Assembly: GCA_048205395.1 (NCBI GenBank) | Contig: DBEWUK010000050.1 | Location: 748 to 64,747, forward strand | Direction: 5' to 3' | DNA: 64,000 nt | From: Collinsella sp. | GTDB lineage: Bacteria; Actinomycetota; Coriobacteriia; Coriobacteriales; Coriobacteriaceae | Part shown: in pieces, positions 33,697-43,176 of the stretch | Layout: each line of letters begins with the position of its first letter | How positions within the stretch are numbered: the first letter of the stretch is position 1 | Notes under the pieces: generated by a model | What the model was told of the DNA's origin: nothing | The model's input: only the letters and a program-made list of their open reading frames with translations | Database searches by the model: none | Made by a program: the position numbers and the translations under genes

Positions 33697-36270
33697 TTAG
33701 AACGTCTGCTCGTAATCGCTATGCTTTTTGGCCGAACGCACCAGGAACTCCTGGTTGGTGTTGGTGCCCTTAAGACCCTTGATAAACGACGCGGCTGCGC
33801 GCTCGGTGTTGTTCATGCCGGCAAGAATGCGACGCAGGCCAAAGACAAACGGACGCATCTGCTCGTCGACCAACAGGTCCTCGTTACGCGTACCGGAGGC
33901 AACGGGGTCGATAGCCGGGAAGATACGGCGGTCGGCCAGGTCGCGGTCGAGCTTAAGCTCCATGTTGCCGGTGCCCTTGAACTCCTCAAAGATGACCTCG
34001 TCCATCTTGGAACCGGTATCGATGAGTGCGGAGGCCAGGATGGTGAGCGAGCCGCCGTTCTCGATATTGCGGGCTGCGCCCAGGAAACGCTTGGGCGGAT
34101 ACAGTGCCGCCGAATCAACGCCGCCCGAAAGGATGCGGCCCGAGGCGGGCGCCGCCAAGTTGTAGGCGCGGGCAAGACGCGTGATGGAGTCGAGCACCAC
34201 CACAACATCGCCGCCCAGCTCCACGATGCGCTTGGCGCGCTCGATGACGAGCTCTGCCACGCGAGTGTGGTTGTCGGCGGGCATATCGAAGGTCGACGCC
34301 ACGACCTCGCCCTTGATGGAACGCTGCATATCGGTGACCTCTTCGGGGCGCTCGTCGACGAGCAGACAGATGAGGTGCACCTCGGGATTGTTAATCGAGA
34401 TAGATTGGCAAATCTTCTTGAGGATCGTGGTCTTGCCGGCCTTGGGCGGGGACACGATCAGGCCACGCTGACCCTTGCCGATCGGCGACACGATGTCGAT
34501 GGCGCGACCGGTAATGGAGTCCTTGCCGTGCTCCATGCGCAGCGGCTCATTGGGATAGACCGGGGTGAGGTCGCCGAACTTGGGACGGTTGCGAATCTGC
34601 TCGGGGTCCAGACCGTTGACGGTCGTGATTTTGGCGAGGCCGGCGCGCTTGTCGCCGCCGCGCGAAGGACGCAGCGAGCCCTCGATGACGTCGCCCGTGC
34701 GCAGGCGCGCGGAGCGGATGAGGTAGGCGGGCACGAAGGCGTCGTCGTTGGACTTCATGTAGCCGTGGGCATGGATGATGCCGGAGCTATCCGGGCGAAT
34801 CTGCAGGATGCCCTTGATGTCGCGGAAGCCCTCGGCCTTCGCGGCGGTGGTGTAGATCTCCTCGACGAGCTCGGCCTTCTTCTTGCCGGTCGTCTCAATC
34901 TCGAACTCCTTGGCCTTCTCGCGCAACTCGGCGACCTTCATGGCCGCGAGCTCCTCGCGCGAAAGCGTGGGCTCAGTCGGAGCGACATTGCGCTCCTTAT
35001 TGCGCTGCTTGCGGTCGCGCTGACGGTTGCGGCGATCGTTGTTGCGCTCGTCCTTGCGCTCGTTGCGCTCCTCGTTGCGCTTGTGCTGGCGACGGTTGGA
35101 ACGAGTGCCGTCTTCGGCCTCGGCGGGCGCGGCACCATCGGTTGTGGCGGCGCCGGCATTGGCCGCAGCGGCGTCATTGGCCTCGGCGCCGGAATCAATC
35201 TGCGCTTCGGCATCAGCCTGCTGCTCGGACGCCTTGGCCTTAGCGGACTTCTTGCGACCGCGCTTGGGCTTCTCGGACGCAGACTGTTCGACGTCTTGGG
35301 GCTCGGCGGCATCAGTCGATGCATCGGCGGTCGTCTCGGCGGAAACCTCGGACGCACCCTTCTTGGCAGCCTTGGCCTTGGACGTGCGCTTAGCAGCAGT
35401 ACGATGGCTGCGACCAGGACGGACGTCGACGGGCTCGACATCGGCAGAAACGGCCTCGGAAGTCGTGGCATCCTGGACGGGCGCGTCGGCAGCGGTTGCA
35501 GGCTCGGCGGTCGCCGCAGCATCCCGCGCGGCGGCGGCTGCGGCTGCGGCCTTCTCGGCCTCGACGAAAGCCTTGGGCTTGCGACCGCGACGGTGCGGGC
35601 GCAAAGCCGGATCGACAACGGGAACTTCGCTGGCCTCGACAGGCGCAGCGGGCTCAACAGGCGATGTGCCCTCCCCTGCCGCGGAACGGACCGAAGCCTC
35701 AGCGAGCTCGGGGGTTACCTGATCGGCAACCTGCTCGGCCTTAGCAGCCGTGCGACGACGTGTGCGCGGTACCGGCTTCTCGGTCGGCTGGTCGGCGACA
35801 GGGGTCTCGGTGGCGGCAGGCGTCTCGGGCACAGACGGAGCTGCGAGCTCGGTCAGAGCCGCGGCCTCGCGCTCGGCAGCACGACGGCGGGCGCGCACCA
35901 CCTGAGCCTCGCTAATCTGCGCCAACGCACGTGCCTGCGCGACCTCATCGGAAATCGGCGCCGAGGAGTCAGCTGCAACGGTGCGCTTGGCGCGCGTCGT
36001 GCGCGTGGTACGGCGCTTGGGCTTGGTGACCTCCTCGCCGTCAGCAGCAGGCTTGGCCGTGCGGCGCGTACGCTTGGGCTTTGCCGGAGCAGCCTCCTCA
36101 CCAGTTGCAGGCACGGCCTTCTCAGCCGTTGCAGGCGTAGGCGTCGAAGCAGCCTTAGGCGTCTCAGGAGCCGAGGCTTGCGCGGGCGCCGTGGCCTGGT
36201 CCGACGCAACCGGTGCAGCGGGAGCGGCTTGCGTCGTCGTTATTTCGTTTTCTTGCTGTTGATCAGACAC
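33697..36270 (-). CDS. rho: transcription termination factor Rho with ~430-aa disordered N-terminal extension
   Basis: 857 aa. The C-terminal ~420 aa is canonical Rho: Rho_N LSREELAAMKVAELREKAKEF, an RNA-binding CSD, Walker A SPPKAGKTT, LLVDERPEEV, and RIFPAID. The N-terminus is low-complexity, rich in A/P/T/E/R/K. The start codon is GTG as read. Confidence 0.9.
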   Translation of the reverse strand: MSDQQQENEITTTQAAPAAPVASDQATAPAQASAPETPKAASTPTPATAEKAVPATGEEAAPAKPKRTRRTAKPAADGEEVTKPKRRTTRTTRAKRTVAADSSAPISDEVAQARALAQISEAQVVRARRRAAEREAAALTELAAPSVPETPAATETPVADQPTEKPVPRTRRRTAAKAEQVADQVTPELAEASVRSAAGEGTSPVEPAAPVEASEVPVVDPALRPHRRGRKPKAFVEAEKAAAAAAAARDAAATAEPATAADAPVQDATTSEAVSADVEPVDVRPGRSHRTAAKRTSKAKAAKKGASEVSAETTADASTDAAEPQDVEQSASEKPKRGRKKSAKAKASEQQADAEAQIDSGAEANDAAAANAGAATTDGAAPAEAEDGTRSNRRQHKRNEERNERKDERNNDRRNRQRDRKQRNKERNVAPTEPTLSREELAAMKVAELREKAKEFEIETTGKKKAELVEEIYTTAAKAEGFRDIKGILQIRPDSSGIIHAHGYMKSNDDAFVPAYLIRSARLRTGDVIEGSLRPSRGGDKRAGLAKITTVNGLDPEQIRNRPKFGDLTPVYPNEPLRMEHGKDSITGRAIDIVSPIGKGQRGLIVSPPKAGKTTILKKICQSISINNPEVHLICLLVDERPEEVTDMQRSIKGEVVASTFDMPADNHTRVAELVIERAKRIVELGGDVVVVLDSITRLARAYNLAAPASGRILSGGVDSAALYPPKRFLGAARNIENGGSLTILASALIDTGSKMDEVIFEEFKGTGNMELKLDRDLADRRIFPAIDPVASGTRNEDLLVDEQMRPFVFGLRRILAGMNNTERAAASFIKGLKGTNTNQEFLVRSAKKHSDYEQTF

Positions 36271-36445
36271 AGTGTTTGCTCAACTTTCTTTTCAAGCCCT
36301 GTGATCACATGCTCCCTGCATAAACCTTCAGGGCGGCTAAACAGTCTAGCTCCGTCAAATACCGACGGACATCATTGATCTGTATCGAGATATTTGCGTC
36401 ATATACGCAGCGTTAGTGTAACACAACCGCCGCCACCTGCAACTT

Positions 36446-36494
36446 AGTCATTGGGGACGTTCTTAAACGACTATTCAAAAGGGACACTCTTTGG
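36446..36494. repeat. 27-nt unit AGTCATTGGGGACGTTCTTAAACGACT plus a degenerate second unit
   Basis: 26/27 identical to 55854..55880. It is followed by ATTCAAAAGGGACACTCTTTGG, which resembles 55881..55907. Confidence 0.7.
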
Positions 36495-36526
36495 TTTACC
36501 GCCCACAAATCTGACTGCCTCCGCCA

Positions 36527-36676
36527 AAACTATGGCGGTTTACTACGATGAATCGCTCAACCGTGACCACTCCGAAACTTGTTGAACTAAAACCGCAGGT
36601 AGATGCCTTGCACTTTTTAGCGAAAAGCCGGCGTGGTTGGAGTATCTCAATTCATCGTAGTAAACCAGCATAGTTT
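36527..36676. other. 150-nt long-stem element (8+17 bp stem) with conserved core; structured RNA or DNA element of unknown function
   Basis: AAACTATG-gc-GGTTTACTACGATGAAT (36527..36553) pairs with ATTCATCGTAGTAAACC-ag-CATAGTTT (36650..36676). The 96-nt interior holds AAAACCGCAGGT (36589..36600) and GTGGTTGGAGTAT (36633..36645). Confidence 0.6.
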
Positions 36677-36721
36677 CGTATTTCCAGCAGCCCCAAATTC
36701 GCCAACACGCCGGCGTTTATG

Positions 36722-36753
36722 CAAAAAGCCCGACCTCCGCATGGAGATCGGGC
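36722..36753 (-). terminator. intrinsic terminator after argS
   Basis: On the minus strand: GCCCGAUCUCC-AUGC-GGAGGUCGGGC followed by UUUUU. Confidence 0.65.
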
Positions 36754-36801
36754 TTATAGGGCTCAGCAAAGCCGAACCTACACGGTCAAATGACTCGCAG
36801 A

Positions 36802-38655
36802 TTACATCTGCTCGGGTGCGGAAACGCCAACGAGGGTGAGCACCAGGGCGAGCGTCACGCGGACGGCATCGCAAGCGGCCAGACGGGCACGCGAAAGCTC
36901 GGGGTCGACGGGACGGCCCTCGCTCGGCAGCACCTGGCAGGCAGCGTAGAAGCTGTGGAAGTCGCCGGCGAGCTCCTCGGCAAAGTGCGTCAGACGGAAC
37001 GGGGCGCGGTCGCGAGCGCAGCTGGCAATCAGGTCGGTGAGCTCGTTGAGCTTACGCGAAAGGGCGAGCTCGGTCGGATCGGTCAGCAGCGAGTAATCGA
37101 CGTTCTCACCGATGGCCTTGGCGGCGACGGCCTTCATGCCCATCTCGTCAGCCTGCTCGGGCGTAACGTCAGCGGCACGGCGCAGGATGGAGCACACGCG
37201 GGCGTGAGCGTACTGCACGTAGTACACCGGGTTGGAGTTGTCGCGCTTCTTAACGGCCTCGATGTCGAAGTCGACCATCTGGTTGGAGCTCTTGGAGATG
37301 AGCGTGTAGCGAGCGGCATCGGAGCCGACCTCGTCGACGAGCTCCTGCAGGGTCACCATGGTGCCCTTGCGCTTGGACATACGGACGGGCTTGCCGTTGC
37401 GCAGCAGGTTGACGAGCTGGCCCAGCAGAACCTCAAACTTGCCGGGGTAACCCAGAGCGTCGCAGACGCAGCGGACGCGCTCGATGTAGCCGTGGTGGTC
37501 GGCGCCCCAGATGTCGATGACGTGGTCGACGCGCTGGAACTTATCCCAGTGATAGGCAACGTCGGAGGCGAAGTAGGTGTACTCGCCGTCGGACTTGATC
37601 AGGACGCGGTCCTTGTCATCGCCCAGGTCGGTGGAGCGGAACCACAGGGCGCCGTCCTTGGTGTAGAGGTAGCCCATCTTGTCGAGCTTCTCAAAAGCGC
37701 GGTCGACGGCGGAGGTGCCGGCGGTCTCGCCCTCGGTGTCCTTCACGTACAGGGAGCGCTCGGAGAACCAACGATCGAAGTCGCAGTTAACGGCGTGGCA
37801 AAGGTCGCGCATGTTGTCGACCATCTTTACGTAGCCGCGCTCGCGGAAGCTCTCCATGCGCTCCTGCGGATCGGCGTTGACCCACTTATCGCCGTCGGTG
37901 CGCCAGAACTCGGCAGCCTCGTCGATGATGTAGTCGCCGCCGTAGGAGTCCTTGCCCAGGGTCTCGGCAAAGTTGTCCTGATACGGATGGGTCTCGGGAT
38001 GCTCGTCCTTCTCGTCGGCAACGAAGGCGTCGCGGTCGGCGATCAGCAGCTTGTGAGCCTCATCGATATCCACGCCCTGCTTGGCAATGATGTCGGCAAG
38101 CTGCATATAGCGCGTGCTGATGGAGTTGCCGAAGGTGTTCATCTGAGAGCCGTGGTCGTTGATGTAGAACTCACGCTGGATGTCGTAACCGGCGTGGTCC
38201 ATGACGCGGCAGAGCGAGTCGCCCAGCGCGGCCCAGCGGCCGTGGCCGATATGCATGGGGCCGACGGGGTTGGCGGAAACGAACTCAACCTGGGTCTTCA
38301 GGCCACCACCGACGTTGGACTTAGCGAAGTCCATGCCCTTCTCGCGAGCCTCGCCAAAGATGGCATTCTTGACGGCAACGGAGAGGTAGAAGTTGATGAA
38401 GCCGGGGCCTGCGATCTCGACCTTCTCGATCGCGGGGTCCTCGGGCATATGGGCAACGATGGCCTCGGCGATCTTGCGCGGGGCGCAGTGGGCCAGCTTG
38501 GCGGACTTCAGGGCCATGGTAGAGGTCCACTCGCCATGAGAAGTGTCAGCCGGTCGCTCGATAGCGCAATCGTCAAGTTCAAATGCGGAAAGGTCGCCGG
38601 CCTCCTGGGCCGCAGCAAGCGCAGCGCGTACCAGCTCTTCAATCTTCTCGGGCAT
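36802..38655 (-). CDS. argS: arginine--tRNA ligase
   Basis: Within ORF 36802..38745. The start is ATG 38655, after AAGGAGGA. Motifs: FVSANPVGPMHIGHGR (HIGH), MSKRKG (KMSK-like), and a DALR-type C-terminus. Confidence 0.9.
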   Translation of the reverse strand: MPEKIEELVRAALAAAQEAGDLSAFELDDCAIERPADTSHGEWTSTMALKSAKLAHCAPRKIAEAIVAHMPEDPAIEKVEIAGPGFINFYLSVAVKNAIFGEAREKGMDFAKSNVGGGLKTQVEFVSANPVGPMHIGHGRWAALGDSLCRVMDHAGYDIQREFYINDHGSQMNTFGNSISTRYMQLADIIAKQGVDIDEAHKLLIADRDAFVADEKDEHPETHPYQDNFAETLGKDSYGGDYIIDEAAEFWRTDGDKWVNADPQERMESFRERGYVKMVDNMRDLCHAVNCDFDRWFSERSLYVKDTEGETAGTSAVDRAFEKLDKMGYLYTKDGALWFRSTDLGDDKDRVLIKSDGEYTYFASDVAYHWDKFQRVDHVIDIWGADHHGYIERVRCVCDALGYPGKFEVLLGQLVNLLRNGKPVRMSKRKGTMVTLQELVDEVGSDAARYTLISKSSNQMVDFDIEAVKKRDNSNPVYYVQYAHARVCSILRRAADVTPEQADEMGMKAVAAKAIGENVDYSLLTDPTELALSRKLNELTDLIASCARDRAPFRLTHFAEELAGDFHSFYAACQVLPSEGRPVDPELSRARLAACDAVRVTLALVLTLVGVSAPEQM

Positions 38656-38997
38656 AGATCCTCCTTGTGTTAAAGCCCCCGAGCTCTTGGTCACTCGTAG
38701 GGCAAAAGCCAGAGTTTGTAGCACTCTATCACAAGCGACGGGCACTGTCGCAGGGTAAAGCTAATAGATATTGCATATGCACAAAAATGACTACAGCTTG
38801 TATGGAGTCACTCAAAGATGCCAGTCTGCCTGCAGATTATGCAGGCGTTGAAAATGCATAAAGGTGTGAATGAGCTGCGTCTGTTATCGAATACTCTTAC
38901 CTATCAGAGTTGTGTGCTTTTCCTGCATAAAGTAAGGGTTTGCGCACGTCAGCGTGTTATTCTAGACATACGTAAATTCGTATAAGTTGGAGGTAGC

Positions 38998-39483
38998 ATG
39001 TTCTCAATCGGTCAACACGTCATTCATCCGGGCCAGGGAGTCTGCACCGTCGTCGGTTTTAGGGACGACACACCGCAGCCCATGCTGCTGCTCGAGACCA
39101 AGCAGGGACATGCGCAGACGATCCTCATGTACCCCGTGGCGCAGGCCGACCGTTTGCACGCCGCTATCTCGCAGCAAGATGCCGAGCACCTGCTGAGCCA
39201 CTATGACGAGCTGGAGTGCGACACCTTTACCGAGCGCAACAGCTCACTTGAGGAGACGCACTTTAAGCAGCAGCTCAAGCTTGGCGCGCCCGAGACGGTC
39301 CGCGTGGCAAAGACCATGATGCACCGCATTCGCCAGGCCGAGGAAGCTGATAAAAAGCCCAGCTCCTACTACATGCGCGTACTCAAGGAGGCCAAGCGCC
39401 GCTCCATCGAGGAGTTCGCCGTGGCCCTTGGCGTCACCGAGGAGGCCGCCGAAGCTCGCCTAGCCCAAGCTGCCCTCAACTAA
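38998..39483 (+). CDS. CarD/CdnL-family RNA polymerase-binding regulator
   Basis: 161 aa. It begins MFSIGQHVIHPGQGVCTVVGF... (Tudor-like CarD_CdnL_TRCF N-domain) and has a helical C-domain. Confidence 0.8.
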   Translation: MFSIGQHVIHPGQGVCTVVGFRDDTPQPMLLLETKQGHAQTILMYPVAQADRLHAAISQQDAEHLLSHYDELECDTFTERNSSLEETHFKQQLKLGAPETVRVAKTMMHRIRQAEEADKKPSSYYMRVLKEAKRRSIEEFAVALGVTEEAAEARLAQAALN

Positions 39484-39495
39484 CCCATCCGCGCC

Positions 39496-39537
39496 AAAAA
39501 CCACCACAAAGGGGACAGGCACCTTTGTGGTGGTTTT
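39496..39537 (+). repeat. conserved terminator-like hairpin, copy 1 (AACCACCACAAAGG-GGACAGGCA-CCTTTGTGGTGGTT)
   Basis: Read directly. It is flanked by A5 and T4 and lies 13 nt after the carD-like stop. Confidence 0.85.
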
Positions 39538-39591
39538 CTTGTTCTAGTAGTATTCATTCTTATCGATACCCACGAGCACAAGGAGTCTCCT

Positions 39592-40191
39592 ATGGCAGAG
39601 CCGCTTACCGCCGGAATCACCCGCGACCGCGCGTTCGAACTGCTCAATGAGCACAACAAGGACCCGTTCCATATCACCCATGGCGAGACGGTCGAGGGCA
39701 CTATGCGCTACTTTGCGCGCGAGTTCGACCCCGAGAACGAGGAGTTTTGGGGCATCGTCGGTCTGCTGCACGACCTGGATTGGGAGGAGCATGAGGACGA
39801 CCCCATGAACCACACCATCTATGCTGCCGAGATTCTTGAGGGTGAAGGTGCGTCTCCCGAGCTCATTCGCGCCATCCAGACGCACACGTCGGACTTCAAC
39901 ACCTCGCTGCCCAAACCCGAGCTGCAGATGGAAAAGATCCTGTTTGCCTGCGATGAGCTCACCGGCCTGATCGGCGCTGCAGTCATCATGCGCCCGAGCA
40001 AGAGCGTTATGGACTTTACGACCAAGTCGCTCAAGAAGAAGTTCAAGGACAAGCGCTTTGCCGCCGGCTGCTCGCGCGACGTGATTTCGCAGGGCGCCGA
40101 GATGTTGGGCTGGGAGCTCCCCGAGCTCTTTGACCGCACCATCGCGGCCATGCAGTCCTTCGCCCCCGACCGCGATACCTTCCAGGCCTAA
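39592..40191 (+). CDS. HD-domain metal-dependent phosphohydrolase
   Basis: 199 aa. Motifs: HITHGETV...VGLLHDLDWE (HD motif)...IQTH. Confidence 0.8.
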   Translation: MAEPLTAGITRDRAFELLNEHNKDPFHITHGETVEGTMRYFAREFDPENEEFWGIVGLLHDLDWEEHEDDPMNHTIYAAEILEGEGASPELIRAIQTHTSDFNTSLPKPELQMEKILFACDELTGLIGAAVIMRPSKSVMDFTTKSLKKKFKDKRFAAGCSRDVISQGAEMLGWELPELFDRTIAAMQSFAPDRDTFQA

Positions 40192-40207
40192 CCGCCCACG
40201 CCACCTA

Positions 40208-40247
40208 AATCCACCACAAAGGGGACAGACACCTTTGTGGTGGTTTT
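40208..40247 (+). repeat. conserved terminator-like hairpin, copy 2
   Basis: AAATCCACCACAAAGGGGACAGACACCTTTGTGGTGGTTTT, lying between the convergent HD gene and proA. Confidence 0.85.
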
Positions 40248-40261
40248 CGTTTACGAGGGGT

Positions 40262-41548
40262 TTAGGGGCGGACCTGGCCGGTGCCGCGGAGCTTGTATTT
40301 GTAGGTGGTGAGGGCCTCGGCGGCGAAGGGGCCGCGGGCGTGGAGCTTTTGGGTCGAGATGCCGATCTCGGCACCCAGGCCAAACTCGCCGCCGTCGGTG
40401 AAGCGCGTGCTGGCGTTGGCGTACACGGCCGAGGCATCGACCGCATCCAGGAAGCGCTCGCAAGCATCCGTGTCCTCGGCAACGATGGCCTCGGAGTGCA
40501 TCGTGCCGTAGCGGTTGATGTGTGCGATGGCCTCGTCCTCGTTTGCCACGACCTTCACGCTCATCTCGAGAGCCAGGTACTCGCGACCCCAGTCCTCCTC
40601 AGTCGCGGCGACGTAGTCATCACCCTCGGCAAGCCCGGCATCGGCGCATGCGGCGCAGGTTGCCTCGTCGCCGTGAATGAACACGCCGTGGTCATGCAGC
40701 ACGGCCACGACCGCAGGCAAAAACGCATCGGCCACAGCACGGTCGACCAGCAGCGACTCGGCGGCATTGCACACGCCTACGCGCTGGGTCTTGGCATTAA
40801 CGATAATGTTGAGTGCCTTATCAAAGTCGGCGGATTCATGCACGTAGATGTGGCAGTTGCCCGTGCCCGTCTCGATCACCGGCACGAGCGACTCGCGCAC
40901 GCAGCGCTGGATCAGGCCTGCACCGCCACGTGGAATGAGTACGTCGACGATGCCGCGGAGCTTCATGAGCTCGCCAGTGGCCTCGCGGTCGGTGGACTCG
41001 ATCATCGACACGGCCTCGCGCGGGAAGCCCTTGGCCTCGAGCGCATCGGCCAGCAGCTCGGCGATCATGGCACACGAGTGATAGGCCAGCGAGCCGCCGC
41101 GCAGAATGCAGGCATTGCCGGTGCGGATGCAGATGCCCGCGGCGTCGGCCGTCACGTTGGGGCGCGCCTCGTAGACCATGGCGACCAGGCCCAGCGGCAC
41201 ACTCACACGGGTCAGGTCCACGCCGCTTGCAAGCACGCGGTGGTCGAGCACGCGGCCCACGGGATCGGGCAGCTCGGCGAGCTTTTCCAGGCCGGCGGCC
41301 ATGCCCTCGACGCGCTCGGGCGTCAGCAGCAGACGATCGAGCAGTCCGGCCGAGGTACCCGCATCGCGCGCGGCGGACATATCGAGCTCGTTGGCGGCAA
41401 CGATGGAGTCGACACCGTTGCGCAGTGCTGCGGCCATGGCGCGCACGGCCTCCTGACGCTGCTCATCGCTCGCCGTGGCAAGCGAGGCCGACGCTGCCTT
41501 GGCGGCAACGGCAAGATCGTGGACATACGTGGCTATATCGACCGACAT
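40262..41548 (-). CDS. proA: glutamate-5-semialdehyde dehydrogenase (gamma-glutamyl phosphate reductase)
   Basis: 428 aa. Motifs: IPRGGAGLI, GNCHIYV, VCNAAESLLV, ASTRFTDGGEFG. Confidence 0.9.
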   Translation of the reverse strand: MSVDIATYVHDLAVAAKAASASLATASDEQRQEAVRAMAAALRNGVDSIVAANELDMSAARDAGTSAGLLDRLLLTPERVEGMAAGLEKLAELPDPVGRVLDHRVLASGVDLTRVSVPLGLVAMVYEARPNVTADAAGICIRTGNACILRGGSLAYHSCAMIAELLADALEAKGFPREAVSMIESTDREATGELMKLRGIVDVLIPRGGAGLIQRCVRESLVPVIETGTGNCHIYVHESADFDKALNIIVNAKTQRVGVCNAAESLLVDRAVADAFLPAVVAVLHDHGVFIHGDEATCAACADAGLAEGDDYVAATEEDWGREYLALEMSVKVVANEDEAIAHINRYGTMHSEAIVAEDTDACERFLDAVDASAVYANASTRFTDGGEFGLGAEIGISTQKLHARGPFAAEALTTYKYKLRGTGQVRP

Positions 41549-41660
41549 GGGCGGCCCTTTCTCCTAGAAGTTTGCAACCATGGTAGCCGATTTGCGCATG
41601 GCCTCGCCCACGGCGGTAGAATTGGTCAACCCGAAACACCGCAACGAACGGAAGACTCAC

Positions 41661-43079
41661 ATGGCCCTCATCACTTCGTACCACGTCCCCGGCCTTTATG
41701 TCGAGGACCACAGCATCGACGTCCCCCTTGACTGGCGCGGCCTGGAGCCGATGCTCCTGGCCGTCGGCAGCACCATGCGCCGCGGCGCTATGCCGGCACC
41801 CATCGCCGGCGCGCCCGAGAGCATCAAGCTCTTCTACCGCGTGGTTTGCGCGCCCGACCGCATCAACGACGATCTGCCACTACTCCTGTTTTTGCAGGGC
41901 GGCCCCGGCGGCGAGAGCCCGCGTCCGCTGTCGCCCACAAGCGACGGCTGGATCGAGGAGGCCGTCAAGCACTTCCGCGTGGTCCTTCCCGACCAGCGCG
42001 GCACCGGACGCAGTAGCTGCGTGGACGGACGCACGATCAAGGCACTGGGTGATCGCGCAACGGCCGCCGGCGCCGATACAGCACGCTCGCAGGCGGACTT
42101 CCTCAAGCGCCACCTCGCCAGCTCCATCGTGCGCGATTTTGAGTACCTGCGCCTCGTGGGCTTTGGCGGCAAGCCGTGGGTCACGCTCGGCCAGAGCTAC
42201 GGCGGCTTTTTGACGCTGAGCTATCTATCGCTCTTCCCCGAGGGCGTGGCGGCGAGCTTTACCTGCGGCGGCATCCCCCACGTGCCGGCGAGCGCCAGCG
42301 AGGTCTACGCGCACACCTTCCCGCGCATGGCAGCCAAGACGCAGCAGTACTACAACCGCTACCCCGCTGACGTCGAGCGCGTGGCAGCCCTGGCCGATGC
42401 GCTCGAGGCCCAGAAGCCCGTGCTGCCCGACGGCTCGCTGATGACGGTCGAGCGTCTACAGCTCATGGGCAGCGACTTTGGCATGAAGCCGAGCTTTGAG
42501 CGCATGCATTGGATTATCGATCACGCGTTTGTTGACGGCGACGGCACGCTGACCTGCGGCGCCTCGGTATCTGACAGCTTTTTGATGCGCGCCTTCGAGC
42601 GCACCAACACGCGCACGAATCCGCTGTACTGGACGCTGCAGGAGTTCATATACGCCGACGGCGACACTATGCCCATTCGCTGGGCCGCGGCAGAAGAGAA
42701 GGCTCATCGTGCCGAGTTCGACACACTCGCGCGCCCGCTCATGTTTACCGGCGAGGCCATGTTCCCGTGGATGTTTGAGCAGATGCCCGAGCTCAAACCC
42801 TTCAAGCCCGCGATGGATCTGCTGATGGAAGACACGAGCTGGGACAAGATCTACGACCCGCAGCGCCTGGCTTGCAACGAGGTGCCGCTCCAGGCCGCGG
42901 TGTACTTCGATGACATGTACGTGGACTCGGGCATGCAGCTCGACACGCTCGACCGCGTGGGCAACTCGCACGCCTGGGTGACCAACGAGTTCGAGCACGA
43001 CGGCCTGCACGGCAGCGTGGTATTCAAGCACCTCTTCGACGAGGCCCTCAACCGCGGAGACCTGCGCCGAATCTTCTAG
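41661..43079 (+). CDS. alpha/beta hydrolase, prolyl aminopeptidase (S33) family
   Basis: Within ORF 41580..43079, starting at ATG 41661. Motifs: FLQGGPGGES, LPDQRGTGRS, LGQSYGGFL (nucleophile elbow). Confidence 0.8.
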   Translation: MALITSYHVPGLYVEDHSIDVPLDWRGLEPMLLAVGSTMRRGAMPAPIAGAPESIKLFYRVVCAPDRINDDLPLLLFLQGGPGGESPRPLSPTSDGWIEEAVKHFRVVLPDQRGTGRSSCVDGRTIKALGDRATAAGADTARSQADFLKRHLASSIVRDFEYLRLVGFGGKPWVTLGQSYGGFLTLSYLSLFPEGVAASFTCGGIPHVPASASEVYAHTFPRMAAKTQQYYNRYPADVERVAALADALEAQKPVLPDGSLMTVERLQLMGSDFGMKPSFERMHWIIDHAFVDGDGTLTCGASVSDSFLMRAFERTNTRTNPLYWTLQEFIYADGDTMPIRWAAAEEKAHRAEFDTLARPLMFTGEAMFPWMFEQMPELKPFKPAMDLLMEDTSWDKIYDPQRLACNEVPLQAAVYFDDMYVDSGMQLDTLDRVGNSHAWVTNEFEHDGLHGSVVFKHLFDEALNRGDLRRIF

Positions 43080-43096
43080 CAAAGGAGTATCCCCAC

Positions 43097-43144
43097 CTGC
43101 CGGCACAAAGGGAACGTACCCAAGTGCCGAACAAGTGCCGGCAA
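43097..43144. repeat. GTGCCG(G)CAC / GGGAACGTACCC palindromic module
   Basis: CTGCCGGCAC-AAAG-GGAACGTACC-CAA-GTGCCG-AACAA-GTGCCGGCAA. It is related to the units at 55915..55991. Confidence 0.6.
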
Positions 43145-43176
43145 CGACAATGCCGCAGGTAGAGAACGGAAAGCGA

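Noticed and set aside
33721-36378. 885-aa plus-strand ORF
   Set aside because: It is entirely antisense to rho. It is Gly/Arg/Leu/Ala-rich with no domain signatures, so it is a high-GC artefact.
36790-38673. 627-aa plus-strand ORF
   Set aside because: It is antisense to argS, which has clear HIGH/KMSK motifs. There are no motifs in the antisense translation.
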